DNA from: Octopus vulgaris
Lineage: Eukaryota
Length of the DNA: 64,000 bases
Direction of reading: 5' to 3'
Assembly: GCA_951406725.2 (NCBI GenBank)
Contig: OX597830.1
Location: 78,926,001 to 78,990,000 of the forward strand
Shown: one piece after another, positions 13,784 through 27,308 of the stretch
How the letters are laid out: each line of letters opens with the position of its first letter
How positions within the stretch are numbered: the stretch's first letter is position 1
Notes under the pieces: model-generated
What the model saw: the letters and a program-made list of their open reading frames with translations, nothing else
Told to the model about the DNA's origin: nothing
Databases searched by the model: none
Translations under genes and position numbers: made by a program

Positions 13784-14224
13784 TTAAATTTAAATGTTGA
13801 AGTGAATGAAACGGTTTTTGTGTGTTTCTTAAATGGCTTACAAACACCTTCCACGCTGCAATATATATATACACACATATATATATATGTATGTATGTAT
13901 GTATGTGTGTATATGTGTATGCATGTATGTGTGTGTGTGTGCGTGTCTGTGCTTGTGATTGTCCTCCACCACTGCTTGACAACGAATGTTGGTTTGTTTA
14001 CATCCCTGTCACCTAGTGGTTTGACAAAGGAAACAGATAGAATAAGTACAATGCTTACAAAAATAAAACTGGAGTTGATTCATTAAACTACAATTCTTCA
14101 AGGCATTGCCCCAGCATGGCCACAGACCAATGGCTGGAAAAAGCAGAAGAATAAAAGAATACATTCTCTGCTTTGGTCATATGTTGAAGGCATGAGAAAG
14201 CTTGAGTTTACATGAGAAGGCCTA

Positions 14225-14706
14225 ACAGACCTGGTAGAAACAGCAGCCAAATCTCCCTCAAATCACACCTTACTGTCTTATGTATGTATATATATATGAG
14301 CCAATGAGGGGGACCTCTACATGGTAGCTAGACCTGGTAGAAATAGCAGCCAAATTTCCCCCAAATCACACCTTACTGTCTTATCTATGTATATATGTAT
14401 GTATGAGCCTATGAGGGAGACCCCTACATGGCAGCTAGACCTGGTAGAAATAGCAGCCAAATTTCCCCCAAATCACACCTTACTGTCTTATCTATGTATA
14501 TATGTATGTATGAGCCTATGAGGGAGACCCCTACATGGCAGCTAGACCTGGTAGAAATAGCAGCCAAATCTCCCTCAAATCACACCTTACTGTCTTATCT
14601 ATGTATATATGTATGTATGAGCCTATGAGGGAGACCCCTACATGGCAGCTAGACATGGTAGAAATAGCAGCCAAATCTCCCTCAAATCACACCTTACTGT
14701 CTTATC
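14225..14706. repeat. 107-bp tandem repeat, about 4.5 copies
   Basis: Units in register at 14321, 14428, 14535 and 14642; near identical. Confidence 0.95.
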
Positions 14707-14766
14707 TTTCTGCTACTTGGATATAGGTGTTATATTCGTCGTAAAAAAACTTTCCTGTCACACACT

Positions 14767-14802
<36 letters not shown>

Positions 14803-15213
14803 CACACACACACACACGCGCACACCCACACCACACCCACTCACACACACGCACGTTAGCTTACAATTTTATTTATATATTTGCGTGTCTGTGTGGAAAG
14901 AGGAAGTGGGAGGCACAGTGAAAGAATCACTCACTACAGTAAGTCAATTACTTTCATTTTATTCGTTGCCCACTGTGTGTGTGCGTTTGCGTATGGTGTA
15001 AACCAGACTAAGAAAAGCATTTGACACACACACCAGAATGTGAGTTTTCTGTAAATTTTGCTTAACTGGAGTTTAAATTTTAAAAACTGGACCTGGCATG
15101 ACGCGATGCATTGTACTCTTAAAAATGCAAGGTAAATTGTAATTGAAGAAATCCTATATTGTAGATTTGTATAACTCCCAAAGGGAGGCAGATAAAATCT
15201 GCCTTTTATAATA

Positions 15214-15266
<53 letters not shown>

Positions 15267-15273
15267 TATATAC

Positions 15274-15396
<123 letters not shown>

Positions 15397-17004
15397 TATG
15401 CGCATGGCTCAGTGGTTAGAGCGTCGAGCTTACGATCGTGAGCTTGTTAGTTTGATTCCCGGACCAGGCTATGTGTTGTGTTCTTGAGCAAGACACTTTA
15501 TTTCACGTTGCTCCAGTTTGATCGTCACTGGTGCCAAGCTCTATCTTCACCTTTCCCTTGGAAAGAGGGGAGACTAGTGTGCATGGGCAACTGCTGGTCT
15601 TCCATAAACAAACTTGCCCGGACTTGTGGCACGGAGGGTAACTTTCTAGGTGCAATCTCATGGTCATTTATGACCGAAGGGGGTCACAACACAATGTAGC
15701 GAGCTGAAAGTGATGTGCCATATCAATTCGATATGATGTAGCCCACAACTAAATGTAGCGTTTAGATGTAACGGTTGAAGGTTCTCGCGACGGAGTAACC
15801 AGTAAACATCGAAGAATCAACACCAAGAGGGAAGAAATATTATTAACCATATTATTTACATATGTTTATTCGTTTGCCCGACAGGTAGTTAGAAATACAG
15901 TACTAATTGTAGTGAAAGGTCAGTAGTTGATAGTATAGAAAAAGATTGTCTGTTAAAAGACTGAAAGAGTAAAGAATGCACGGCGCTGACTAGAAAGGAA
16001 GAAAGGCTGAAGGTGGCATCGCCTTTCTTGCGGCCGAAAGCCTCTCTTTGCATATCGAGCAAAGGTAAGTGCTGTTCTTAGTTAAGGCTGACGCAAAAGA
16101 GCATGTTGCTCGTTGGTCATAGCAGACACAAAAGCAGACACGTTGCCCCTTTGTTCATAGCTGACACATAAGAGAAAGAGATAGGAAATTCTCTCTGTTA
16201 TACAGACTATTGTCAGTAATGTAGGTCAAACCCTAAACAAAGGATTGACCTTTCCTTGACCAGCACAGGTCCTAGGGGATCATCTAGTGTGGAGAGGATT
16301 ACCCGCATGTTTTGACAAGCAATAAGCGGGTGGGTTTGGTTTCAAATCTCAGGCAAGGTCAAGCTAGATCCCTACTGACCGCTAACTCCAAAAATATTTT
16401 TCATTGTCTCTGTGTTTATTTTCTCGTGTTCCTTTCAGTTGAAGAGCGTAGGCTCGAAACGTAGAAGACATTCTCACCTTCCCGAGCGTCAAAATAATAC
16501 ACCTGTTGGTTTTTTATACCCCTGTCTTCGTCTTTTGTCTTTCTGTGATTTTCAACAATATATATATATATGACAGTCCTCATTCAGCTTCCGTCTACCA
16601 GACCCTCACAAGGTTTTGGTCGACCTGAGGTTTTAGAAGATACTTGCCCAAGGTTCCATGCAATGGAACTGAACCCGGAATTATATGGTTGGGAAGCATG
16701 CTTCTTACCACACGGCCACGCCTGCTCATCTTTTATTCATTTATTCATTCAATTGGCCACAGGGCCTTACAAAGAAAGGAAGTTGCGGGCTGGACATGGA
16801 CATAATGAAATGGAAGGATTGACGATATGATAATAATGAGGGCAATAGCAACGCCCGCCGATTGGTGTTTATACACCTGCACTGCTTGTCACACAGCCAC
16901 ACCTGCGACTAAAATACATATATAGAGAGATTTTAAATATATAAATGTTGATTTCCTTACGCGCTTGTCACCCAGCCATTCGACAAAGAAAGGTCAATAG
17001 AATA

Positions 17005-17059
<55 letters not shown>

Positions 17060-17375
17060 GCAAAAGCAAAAGGGGCTGATCGCTACCTAACTCAGATACC
17101 AGGAAACCCCAAAATGACAGAAATCCAAAAGATAGTGCTCATGGGAACTGCTCATATCCTACGCAAAATACTTTCTATGTAATCTCAAGTTTTAAAACAA
17201 ACATACTTTTCTTTTTTTTTTTTTTTTGACATTCACTAGTACAACACTAAATACAAAACCAAATATATGGCACACTGGGCATAACATCACGAACTTCCAA
17301 CCTGTTGTCTCTTGAGGTCTCTGGGTGAGACTTGGAGCCAACTTGTACAAATATAAAGCAAAAGTCAAACATATA
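17060..17375 (+). mobile_element. 5'-truncated R4/Dong-like LINE 3' end in (AAT)n
   Basis: 17066-17182 encodes ...IPGNPKMTEIQKIVLMGTAHILRKILSM-stop, typical R4-clade C-terminus; (AAT)n on both sides. Confidence 0.75.
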
Positions 17376-17383
17376 ATAATAAC

Positions 17384-17433
<50 letters not shown>

Positions 17434-17439
17434 TAATAT

Positions 17440-17963
17440 GAATGCCCTGATGCACTACCAGGAAGTGGCTCTCGTGGCTTCTGATCTTAACTGATTGGAA
17501 GTGTTATCATGTACATTGTTTTGTCTTGGTATAAAAGATTGGCTACAGCAAATATTCTGCTCAATACCACAGATTTGCTTGTCAGTTGTTTGACCATAAC
17601 CAGTTGAGCATGTCCCTTAATGGCTGTCGATACGTGCATGTCTGATCACGAGCACAAGTAGTGGGGGAGCATCATAGCCATGTATTGAGAGGGATTTTGG
17701 GGGTTTGGATAATTCACATTTGGAAACATGCGTGGTTTGTTCAACATCCTTAAACAATCCTTATTCAGGGACCTTTTGAGCGGGATGGGTTACTCGACCA
17801 GAAGAAAATCCTAACTAAGCCCCCACCTGCAAGGTCATGTGCTGTTTATCTTGATATGAGATCACCATGTCGCGCACATATCGTTGACATGATGGGTATA
17901 CTGGGCTTCGTATATTTTACCCCAGTATCACTTTGATGGCATGCACTGCTCTCTCACCCACTC
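17440..17963 (+). mobile_element. about 520-550-bp non-coding element inserted in (AAT)n
   Basis: Second copy inverted at about 33768-34323; both bounded by AAT/TTA repeats. Confidence 0.75.
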
Positions 17964-18017
17964 AATAATAACAATAATAATAATAATAATGATAATAATA
18001 ATAATGATAATAATAAT

Positions 18018-18109
<92 letters not shown>

Positions 18110-18508
18110 AATTATTGTGTATAGTGCTCAGGTGCACTGCAACTCATCAAAGGTGCATGTACAGTACATAGAATTACGTTCAAAATACTAATTTTAAGAT
18201 AAACACTGAGATTTTATTTGCTAAGAAAAATAATTTTTTTAATCGTGCATCTGTGTGTATGTGTGTGTGTGTGTGCGCGCGCGCGCTTATGGGTAAGATA
18301 TATATATATAAGTAGATTGAGAAGCGACGGTCAGGTAACTCTGGAAGCCAAAGAGAAAACAAGGGCGACAACTGTGAATCTACCCTTAAGAAGAAACGGT
18401 GTTTTGATTCTCACTTCGGACCACAGATAATATCTAATCGTGTTTTTAGTTCAAACTAATTTTTTAAAATTTACCATGTCTTATACATCGAAGATAATAT
18501 TTAGCACA

Positions 18509-18572
18509 ATGTTGCGCTTTTCAGCGACTAACCTCTCTCGCAGGGCATCCGTAATACCTCGGATGTATTCAG
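18509..18572 (+). CDS. HIBADH: HIBADH exon 1, mitochondrial targeting peptide [21 protein letters not shown]
   Basis: ATG, Arg/Ser-rich peptide with no acidic residues and an R-x-Y-S cleavage-like motif; strong donor CAG|GTAAGT; phase 1 matches the next exon. Confidence 0.8.
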
Positions 18573-20666
18573 GTAAGTGCTCTGTAATCTTATATTTGTT
18601 TTCGTTCTGAGTTCAAATTCAGCCGAGGTCGACTTTGCCTTTCATCCTTTCGGGGTCGATAAATTAAGTACCAGTTACGCACTGAGGTCGATGTAATCGA
18701 CTTAATCCGTTTGTCTGTCCTTGTTTGTTCCCTCTGTGTTTAGCCCCTTGTGAGTTGTAAAGAAATATATATTTGTTTTCTCACCTTGTCCGCTAACATA
18801 CCGGGTTTTTTTTTTCTGCACCAAACATGATTTATGAAGCATTTTATTACGATATAAATGTACATTCATATATACATATTAAAGTGAAATGATATGAAGG
18901 CCTCTTCACCGCATCTCCGTCATGGTAGAATCGAATTTTTTTTATCGAACACGTGTTTTACGTTTCTAATTAATTTTTTAATTATTGTTGTTATTTAACT
19001 TCAGGTCAACCTCTATCTAACACATTTTGATGTGTATTTATTTTGTTACCTTGTTAATTCGATGTAAGTCCTGAACGAACAGACTTTCTAGCTGTGACCA
19101 TCTCGACTTCAGAATATCTAGAACTACGTTGTATTGTGGGTACTACTAGCGAACAGTGGTCCCGGTGCGCGCACTCGCGCTAGCTAGTCGTAAGTAGTCG
19201 ATCCTGCAACGACTTGCGCGTATGTTTGTATTTCAAGGCTGAATACATATCAAATAATATTTTTCGAACAAAATAATTAAAAGGCAAAGTAAATAATTTT
19301 TATAAACAAAGGTTAGGGTTAGTGTTAAAAAGCTGTAGGATCGACTACTTACGACTAGCTAGCGTGAGTGCGCGCACCGGGACCACTTCGCTAGTAGTAC
19401 CGTATTGTGTAGACTACAATGTACCCGTTCGTTTTACAGATGTTCTTTTAAAACGTTAGGGTGTGATGTAAATGAAATGGCACGAAGGCCATCTCACCTC
19501 ATCTCATCACTGTGGAATTGAATTCATTTTCTTTCAGTCGAGCATATCCATTTTACGTTATTACTGCTAGTTTTAGTCTCGGGTGAACCCCGATCAAGCA
19601 GACCTTTATTTAAATATAGTCCTATCGTGGCCTTCCGATCTCTTTGTGTCTATCTTGGTTTTCCCTCTTATTGTTAATTCGCTGTCATCTCTATACAAGC
19701 TGACGTTCTGACCGTGACATCTCGCCTTTGGTGTATCTAGGACTATCTGTAAAATATTGTCTACAACGGACTGATTTCTTACTATTACACCCGTTTCACG
19801 AGACGAGTATAATTAGTTGCTCGGCGGTTTCGAAGTAGTTATCACTCTCTCTCTCTCTCGGAGAGAAAGAAAAGAGCAAAGAACTGGGTGGTTGTTTCCT
19901 ACCCGTTCGATTATTTACTTTTAAAACAGAGAATAGACGTTAAAGTGTGATGCAGAGGAAGTGGTGTGGAAGCTGTCTCATCTCATCACATCACGGCGGA
20001 ATAGAATTAAATGCCTTTAGATCTAACACGTGTTCATGTTATGTTATTGCTGTTACTTTTAGCTTAAGGTCAATCACGATCAAGCAAATCTGTATTCAAA
20101 GGTTATCCATCTGTGACCCTTCCATCATTTTAAGTGTATCTTATGTTATTCCTCTTGTTAATCCAATGTCATCTCTAAACGAGTCTCTATAGGTTTATCG
20201 AAATTGTTTCGTTGTTGTTGTTGTTGTTGTTAATCCTGTGTTATTTCCGAACAAACGGGTTTCAGCCGTAACTATCTCGTCTTCGTCTATCAAGGACTAC
20301 ACTTTCTATTGTACCTGTTCCTAATTCATTTATTTTTTTGTCGAGGTTAAGGTGCGACGTGACGACATTTAGTTGTTGTTTCTAACAATTCGAACTCCTT
20401 ACGTTAAGGTTTGTTCGAAGACGTAGTGATGTTACGACTTACAATACATATTGGCATCTAAGGCGATGTGCTGACAGAATCGTTAACACGCCGGACAAAA
20501 TGGTTAACGGCACTTCGTTTTAAGTTCTGAGTTCAAATTCCACCGTGGCTAACTCTACCTTTCATCCCTTTCGGGGTTGATAAAATAAGACACGTTGATC
20601 ACTAGGGTCAATGTAATCAACTTGTCTCTTTTGCAAAATTACAGGCCTTGTGCTAAGATTTGAAAC

Positions 20667-20705
<39 letters not shown>

Positions 20706-23700
20706 TCATCATCATCATCGTTTAACGTCCGCTTTCCATGCTAGCATGGGTTGGACGATTGGCTGAGGGCTGGCGAACCTGATGGCTGCACCAGGCCTCA
20801 ATCTTGATCTGGCAGAGTTTCTGGATGCCCTTCCTAACGCCAACCACTCCGAGAGTGTAGTGGATGCTTTTATGTGCCACCGGCACAGGGCCAGTCAGGC
20901 GGTACTGGCAACGACCTCACTCAAATCTTTTACACATGCCACTGGCACAGGTGCCAGTAAGGCGATGCTGGTAACGATCACCCTCGAATGGTGTCTTTTA
21001 TATATATAGTATATTTGCCACCTAAATGTGGCTAACCTATAAGGGTCGACACTACTGCAGCTTGTAGCTCCAGGAAGACATCTCCTCTAGCTGGCTATTG
21101 ACACACTATCTGTGCCCGATCAGCATTTTAATTATGCAAAAAAGTAAAAAGGTGTGCCACAGGTGTGGATCGAACTCACACCTTCAGATGACTTGATTTC
21201 ATACTTGATTTATAGGACTGACATGCTGCCTACTGCGCTACTGAGGCAGAAGATCGCACTGCTCATATATTATGGTAACAATCTCGGCACAGTATTGCGC
21301 GTGCGTGTGTGTCATGGACAGCATGTCAACTGCACAATCCCCACTCCTTAAAGCTTTGTATTCCTTGCACCCACCTCCCTTTCTTTTTCTCCACAAATAC
21401 AAGACAGGCATACGTAATACTGAAATACGCATTAAATAAACACACGCAGACAAATATATTAATAGAACAAGTTTTTAAAAACATAATAAAAACATACAAT
21501 CAATGAAGAAATAAAAAAAAACAGTAAGATGCTATATGTTATTTTATTAGGTATTTCTGTTTATTTACAAACCTTCAATGAACAGGTCATGTCACAGACG
21601 CTAAACACCGAAAATTTCTGTCTCGCTATTGGCTAAAAATAGAGTTTTTCCTATCTTTAAACCTCTGTAACTTTTTCCTCCATTTTTTTTTCTCCACAGC
21701 ATCATACCTTCATAGCATTTAGACTGGAAAACTACACTGTTATAGCCGATTTTCAAATTTTTTACTTCCTCTTAAATATATGCATATATTTTAAATGAAT
21801 AAACACTAGCCCCTAGGTTTTTTCTTAGTTATTATTTTGGGATGTGTATATTCGTTCTTCCAGTCACATTTCTTCATCATCATCATGATCATCATTTAGC
21901 GTCCGCTTTCCATGCTGGTATGGGTTGGACGTTGCAACTGGGGTCTGGGAAGCCAGAAGGCTGCACCAGGCCCAGTCTGATCTGGCAATGTTTCTATGGC
22001 TGGATGCCCTTCCTAACGCCAACCACTCCATGAGTGTAGTGAGTGCTTTTTACGTGCCACCTGCACAGGTGCCAGACAAGTCTGGCAAACGGCCACGGTC
22101 GGGTGGTGCTTTTTACGTGCCACCGGCACGGAGGCCAGGTGAGGCTGGCAACGGCCACAATCGGATGGTGCTTTTTACGTGCCACCGGCACGGAAGTCAG
22201 TCAGGGCGGCACTGGCAACGGCCACATTCGGATGGTTCTCTTATGTGCCACCAGCACTGATATCACAGCGACAATTTCCATACATTTATTTGAAAAAAAC
22301 TGGCCTTGTGCCAAAATTTGAAACTATTACTATTATTATTAAGGTGGGGAACTGGCAGAATTGTTAGCAGGCTGAGCAAAATGCTTAGCAGTGTTTTCGC
22401 CTGTTGCTACAGTCTGAGTTCAAATTCCACCAAGGTTGACTTTGCCTTTTAATCCTTTCAGGGTTGATGAATTAAGCACCAGAGAAACACTGGGATCGAT
22501 GTAATCAACTAGTGCCCTCCCTCAAAATTTAAGGCCTTGTGACTGTAGTACAAAGGATTATTATTATTATTTATTTATTTGTTGCCCACAGGGGAGGTAA
22601 ACATAGAGGTGACAAACAAGGACAGGCAAAGGGATTAAGTCGATTACATTGACCCCAGTGCATAACTGGTACTTATTTAATCGACTCCGAAAGGATGAAA
22701 GGCAAAGTCGACCTCGGCGGAATTTGAACTCAGAACATTATGGCAGACGAAATACCGCTAAGCATTTCGCCCAGTGTGCTAACAGTTCTGCCAGCTTGCC
22801 GCCCTTATAATTATTATTATGAAGGCAGTGAGCTGGCAGAATTGTTAGCACGCCAGGCGAAATGCTTAGCAATAATTTGCCATTCATCCTTTCAGGGCTG
22901 ATAAATCAAGTACCAGTAAAATACTGGGGTCAATGGAATCAACTAGTCCTCGCTGCCAAAATTTCAGGCCTTGTGCCTATTGTAGAAAGGATTATTATTA
23001 TTATTATTATTACTATACAGGTATTGTGTATGGAGCACTACATTATCTAATACGAGTTTTCCCTTTTTCAATGGTAGTGTGAGATTTGAAAGAGATTCCA
23101 CTTGCTATTTCTAACAAGTCAAGTAACTCTCTTGAGATTTTCTCATAGGCTAATTTAAAATACATTTTGTTAAAAAGGTTGTTGTCCTAGTTTTCCTTTT
23201 TCATAAAAGGAGACAGGTGAAATAAAAGAATACCAACATACTTGTGCTAGATAAGCAACTATTTCTTTTGAGGTCACGGTCAGGCAGAGGGGATATGGAC
23301 ATAAAAAAATGCAGTTCATATGAGAAACATTCATATTAAAAACTTGCAGTTTAGCCCGGTGTTGCCCAGGATTAAGTTGGGATTATTAAATCAATCAAGC
23401 GCTTTGTTTCAAACCAAACTAAGTAACACCGACATCAAATTTCAGCGAAATCCATTGAAATTAGTTAGCATTTGGCATAAGGAATCAGTTTATCGATTTT
23501 TCCACTTGTTGATTTTTTTTGTTTTTTTGGAAAGCTTAAAGCATTCAGTGATCCCATGAGTCCTAAGTAATGTTGGCATCAAGTTTGAACAAAATACATC
23601 AAAATTGGTAAAAGTTATGGTTGAAAATGGGGTGTAGCTAATTTTAGTGGGAAATCCTTTAAGGAATTGGTTTATCGATTTTTCATCCTGATTGAAAACC

Positions 23701-23947
23701 CCATAAGGAATCAGTTTATTGATTGGTCCAGGAAACTTGATAGTAAAATGTTTTTATTTTTCATTTCGTTCCTGTTGAATTTTATCCCTAATTTTTGTGG
23801 TTATAGAACGAGTGGATTCCTTAAGTGTTTAAATGTACACTATATATTATGACTAATTCATAGTCTTTGGGGACTAAATTTTTACACGTTAGGCCTCTGG
23901 ATGTGAAAATTTTAATTAATTTTCCATTTCCCTTTGATATGTTTAAG

Positions 23948-23984
<37 letters not shown>

Positions 23985-24284
23985 GTGTGTGTGTATCTAT
24001 GTTTGTCCTCACCTCACCACTTGACAACTGGTGTTGGTGTGTTTATATGCCCGTAACTTAACAGTTCGGCAAAAGGGAATTATAGAAGAAGTCTTAGAAA
24101 TAATATGTTCTAGGGTTGAATTGTTCAGCTAAAATCCTTCAAGACAATACTTCAGCATAGCCACTTTCAAATGACTGAAACAAGTAAAAGAATATATATA
24201 TATATATATAACGGTAAGCTTTATGAAAATAGACAAAAGACGAAGGCAGGTTTACGGAATATACATATATATATGTATGTATCT

Positions 24285-24318
<34 letters not shown>

Positions 24319-24336
24319 ATATGTATGTATCTATAT

Positions 24337-24370
<34 letters not shown>

Positions 24371-24381
24371 ATGTATGTATC

Positions 24382-24414
<33 letters not shown>

Positions 24415-24567
24415 ATGTATGTATCTATATATATATATACATATACATATATATATATCTATATATATATATACATATACATATATATATATCTATATAT
24501 ATATATACATATACATATATATATGTATGTATATCTATATATATATATACATATATATATGTATGTA

Positions 24568-24619
<52 letters not shown>

Positions 24620-26901
24620 TCTTCGTTGGTTTAACATTCACTTTTCCATGCCAGCATGAGTCAAATGAAATACTGAGATGGATTTTCTATGTCCAAAAGC
24701 CCTTCCTGTCGTCAACCTTCACTTGTTTACAGGTGTGGCAATATTTCCCCATGACCAGACATCACACAGTGTCAATGTAAGAAGACAGTAACACGCACAC
24801 ACATAAGATGAAAATGTGGTGCAGTGAGATGATGAAGGAACACATGGAAAGATAAGAAAAAAAAGAAATCATTTACACAGTAGATGCAGACCTCATCAGC
24901 TATCAACAAAGTATCATCACAGTTTCCACACCTTCGAATAACATTATTCAATTTGATGATGTCAGCAATGTAAGCTGCTGGGAAATAAATGAGCAAACAT
25001 GATAGATGAACACAAACAGGAAAAATAAAACAAGTACAATAACAAAAAAGAATAAGGCCTCGAGACTGGAAAGTAGATAAAGCCAAATCTACTCTATTAC
25101 AAGTATTTGTGTTAGATCTTCCTTTGAGGGTGATTTCCTCCCTTCTTTCCACCCATCTCAGAAGTCAAGAACTGTGTCGCAGCACTGCCCTGACACCCCT
25201 CATTTAATCATTAACCCCCTAGCATTTAGACCAGTGGTTCTCAACCATTTTTTGCCTATGAACTCCTTTGATTCCTATTTTATTCAGGTAGGCCACTCCT
25301 AGCCATTCACTGTTTTTAAAAATCCTATTTTTATAATTAAATATTATTAGGAACTGTTTTAATAAAATTGTTGCAATATTTGGTGTATTGTCGAAACATA
25401 AGCAATTTATTGCTCATAGATTTCGTTTTTGGATTTGGTTTGCAAGATTCTTTATATGAGTTCGTGTGTTGAAGCATATTCTGGTGTGTCTGGGGAGAGT
25501 CATTTTCTTTTTGTGCCTTATTATGTAACACACTTACCAGTAAAATTTCCACTTGTTTCTTATTTTTATTTATCCTAAAATTTTCTTGCAACCTTTTCAA
25601 TAGTCTTGACTCTTTCAAGACTATTGAAAAGGTTGCAAGACGCAACGAAAATTTTAGGAAAATTAAAATAAGAAAAAAGTGGAAATTTTACTGGTAAGTG
25701 TGTTATATTATAAGGCACAAAAAGAAAATGACTCTCCCCAGACACAACAGAAATTGCTCATAGACTTTAACAAAAAAATCTTGTATGGACCCCTAGGTGT
25801 CATAAAGTCCCAGGCTGAGAATCACTGATTTAAATCAACCTTATTTGGCCCAAATATTCTACCTCTTTTGTGTTCAAACTGGCCAGATCCAGCCTCTCAC
25901 ACCTACCCTACAATATCATTCAGAAAATAGGTTGTCGCATCATTGAAATCCTGAAGCTACGAGATAATGCATGATTAATTCAAAACAATGTGAATAAATT
26001 AGCATTGCATTTGACAAAATAATTTAAATGCTAAAGTGTTAAATGAAAAAGGAATGTCCGATCAAGGAAAGAACACTTTTGAACTTAGAGATCTGCTCAA
26101 TCAATATCATCGACAACAAATGTGTCTGTAGATTCTATGATTTTTCTCAAAGACTGTTTCACTAACATCAACAAATATCCTCGTTAATCTTCTAACCATA
26201 ACCTTTGATCACATTCTAATTACTGAATATTTCAACTAATTTCTCTTCTTTCTCTTTTACTTCTTTTTATTCCAGATTCAGCTTCCGACAAGGTAAGTAG
26301 GAAATCCTTCTTCTATTTATAACACGTTGATTGTACCTAATTGAGCACAGGCAATGTTTCGCAAGCATGGGAAAGTGGACATTAAGTGATTATGATACAT
26401 ACATACATGCATACATCCATATAGACATATGTACGTACGTAAACCCAGTATGAATCAGAAAAAGAACTGAAATAGTTATAATATTACAAAGCCTACTTTG
26501 AGTTAAATAAAAATGTAAGCATTCCTTCTATGGTTTTAATGTACAGAAAGTAAGCCATTAGAGACGCACACACACATGCACACACTTATACACGCACACA
26601 TCCACATGCCAAAATCACCAACCCTTATCCACATATACATGCGCGCACATGCACCTTCGTTTTGGGATCACCAGTACTTTATTATCTCCCCTTCTTCCTA
26701 GCTCTCCTGTCTAACTACCTTTGTCCAACCAGTCACCATGATTGACTGCTAACTCCACAAGTTTTTTTATTCTCTCTGTTTATTTCCTCGTGTTCCTTTC
26801 TGTTGAAGAGCATAGGCTCGAAACGTAAAAGACTTCCTCACCTTCCCGAGCATCAAACTAATACACCTGTCTTCATCTTTTGTTTTTCTATAAATTTCAA
26901 C

Positions 26902-26946
<45 letters not shown>

Positions 26947-27252
26947 CACCACCACCATGACCGACCAGGCTATCAGATGTTGCTACACATCGCTGATCAC
27001 AATGCGTTTCGCATTGTTTTAGCCTTCAAATGATGCCACCCCACTGGCTAAGCGAGCAGGCCAACAGAAGAAAGAATGAGAGAAAGTCATGGTGTAAAAG
27101 TACAGCAGGGATCGCCACCACCCCCTGCTTGAGCCTTGTGGAGCTTTAGGTGTTTGCGCTCAATAAACACTCACAACGCCCGGTCCTAGAATCGAAACCA
27201 TGATCCTACAACCACGAGTCCGCTGCCCTAACGACTGGGCCATTGCGCCTCC

Positions 27253-27308
<56 letters not shown>

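Larger units (their letters stand above)
25232..25827. mobile_element. hAT (Charlie-like) MITE
   Basis: TIR CAGTGGTTCTCAACC / GGCTGAGAATCACTG; 8-bp TSD ATTTAGAC/ATTTAAAT. Confidence 0.75.
25215..26038. mobile_element. piggyBac-like MITE hosting nested insertions
   Basis: TTAA at both ends (25211-25214, 26039-26042); TIR CCCCCTAGCATT / AATGCTAAAGTG. Confidence 0.65.

Noticed and set aside
15400-15470. tRNA-like sequence (also SINE heads at 5005, 27250 and 57588)
   Set aside because: A/B boxes present but no complete cloverleaf; continues into a repeated SINE body.
15767-16204. Possible solo LTR (TG...CA), similarly 5989-6395
   Set aside because: No target-site duplication or second copy visible; evidence too thin.
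19311-19325. TTAGGG telomere-like motif (also near 44725 and 53495)
   Set aside because: Only one or two units, internal to MITE-like repeats; not a telomere or fusion scar.
24171-24780. Long ORFs reading IYIY/HTHT/CVCV (also near 8.6, 12.1, 15.2, 46.1 and 58.6 kb)
   Set aside because: Translations of (TA)n/(CA)n microsatellites, which lack stop codons by composition.
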